From: Botryllus schlosseri
Taxonomy: Eukaryota
Length of the DNA: 64,000 bases
NCBI GenBank assembly: GCA_051294905.1
Contig: CM119372.1
Span: forward strand, 27,964,001 to 28,028,000
Direction: 5' to 3'
Shown: piece after piece, positions 63,271 to 64,000 of the stretch
Numbering within the stretch: position 1 is the stretch's first letter
How the letters are laid out: each line of letters begins with the position of its first letter
Program-made: the position numbers and the translations under genes
The notes under the pieces: generated by a model
Database searches by the model: none
What the model saw: the letters and a program-made list of their open reading frames with translations, nothing else
Told to the model about the DNA's origin: nothing

Positions 63271-64000
63271 CAGTGTTGGGATCAAGTCACTACCTTCGAG
63301 TCACGAGTCATTTCGAGTCATTGCAGTTTTTGACTCGAGTCAAGTCAAGTCAATTGATTTTCGAAGGTGACTCGAGTCAAGTCAAGTCACTCCATTTTTG
63401 GAGGCGACTCGAGTCAAGTCAAGTCACGAGTCAAGTCACAATTCAAGTCAATTTGCCTTTTCGAAGTATGAGGCATGATTACGTCATTGCATTTTGCTAG
63501 CTGTCTGAATTACAGATTGAGTGGCCAATGATTCTGAATCGATGAACGCATATAGACGTAAATGTACCCGCAGGCGTTGTATCGCTCAATATACGTAGAA
63601 CTGGTAAACTACTTAAGTAATTGCATAGCCTCAGTTATTAGTTACTAGCCAAAATAGAGAATAGAGAAACGACTTGATAAGATGCAATGCATTACCCATT
63701 TATAAATATTGATATGATACAATTCGAGTCTGCGCCAATGGTTTAGGAGTATAGAAACTATATCATATTTCAATTTCAATAAAACAAGAGGTTTGGTTGA
63801 GGTAAGAACAGAAAACATAAATATATATCTTGCTGTTAAATTACTTTACTACTAGTTGCTTACTAGAGCTGTAGGCTTCGATCACTTCTTTAGTGGTCAA
63901 TTTATTTGCGAGAGAACAATGGAGGCTCGGTAAAACGCACGATCATTAATGTTTGGTCGCTCTCACGGTTTACTCCGCCGTTTCGCGAACAATCCGAACA
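63271..64000 (+). mobile_element. GAGTC/AAGTC-array hAT-type element, apparently inserted in a Charlie-like element starting near 62970; right end not seen in the window
   Basis: cagtgttgggatcaagtcac followed by dense gagtca/aagtca repeats; homologous to 46700-47513 in reverse. Confidence 0.7.

Overview
Repeat-dense animal genomic DNA. Very short 53-77 nt introns and gene spacing suggest a tunicate/ascidian, but that is inference. Three complete multi-exon genes were rebuilt by hand from GT-AG sites with consistent phases, all on the minus strand: a mitochondrial-clan cytochrome P450 (52518-43457, 11 exons, 493 aa), the mRNA capping enzyme RNGTT (35088-20757, 14 exons, 613 aa) and an SLC35F1/F2-type transporter (20552-7879, 8 coding exons, 390 aa; first exon less certain). 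The predicted SLC35F start lies only about 205 nt after the RNGTT stop with no canonical polyA signal between them. This looks like a trans-splicing-resolved operon and is the best candidate system in the window. Introns and intergenic DNA are filled with non-autonomous hAT elements (8-bp TSDs), CR1/L2-group LINE fragments, two tRNA-derived SINE families, an EnSpm-like element and a foldback element with telomere-like motifs, often nested several levels deep. Most of the supplied short ORFs are spurious. Family assignments rest on recalled motifs; no searches were run.
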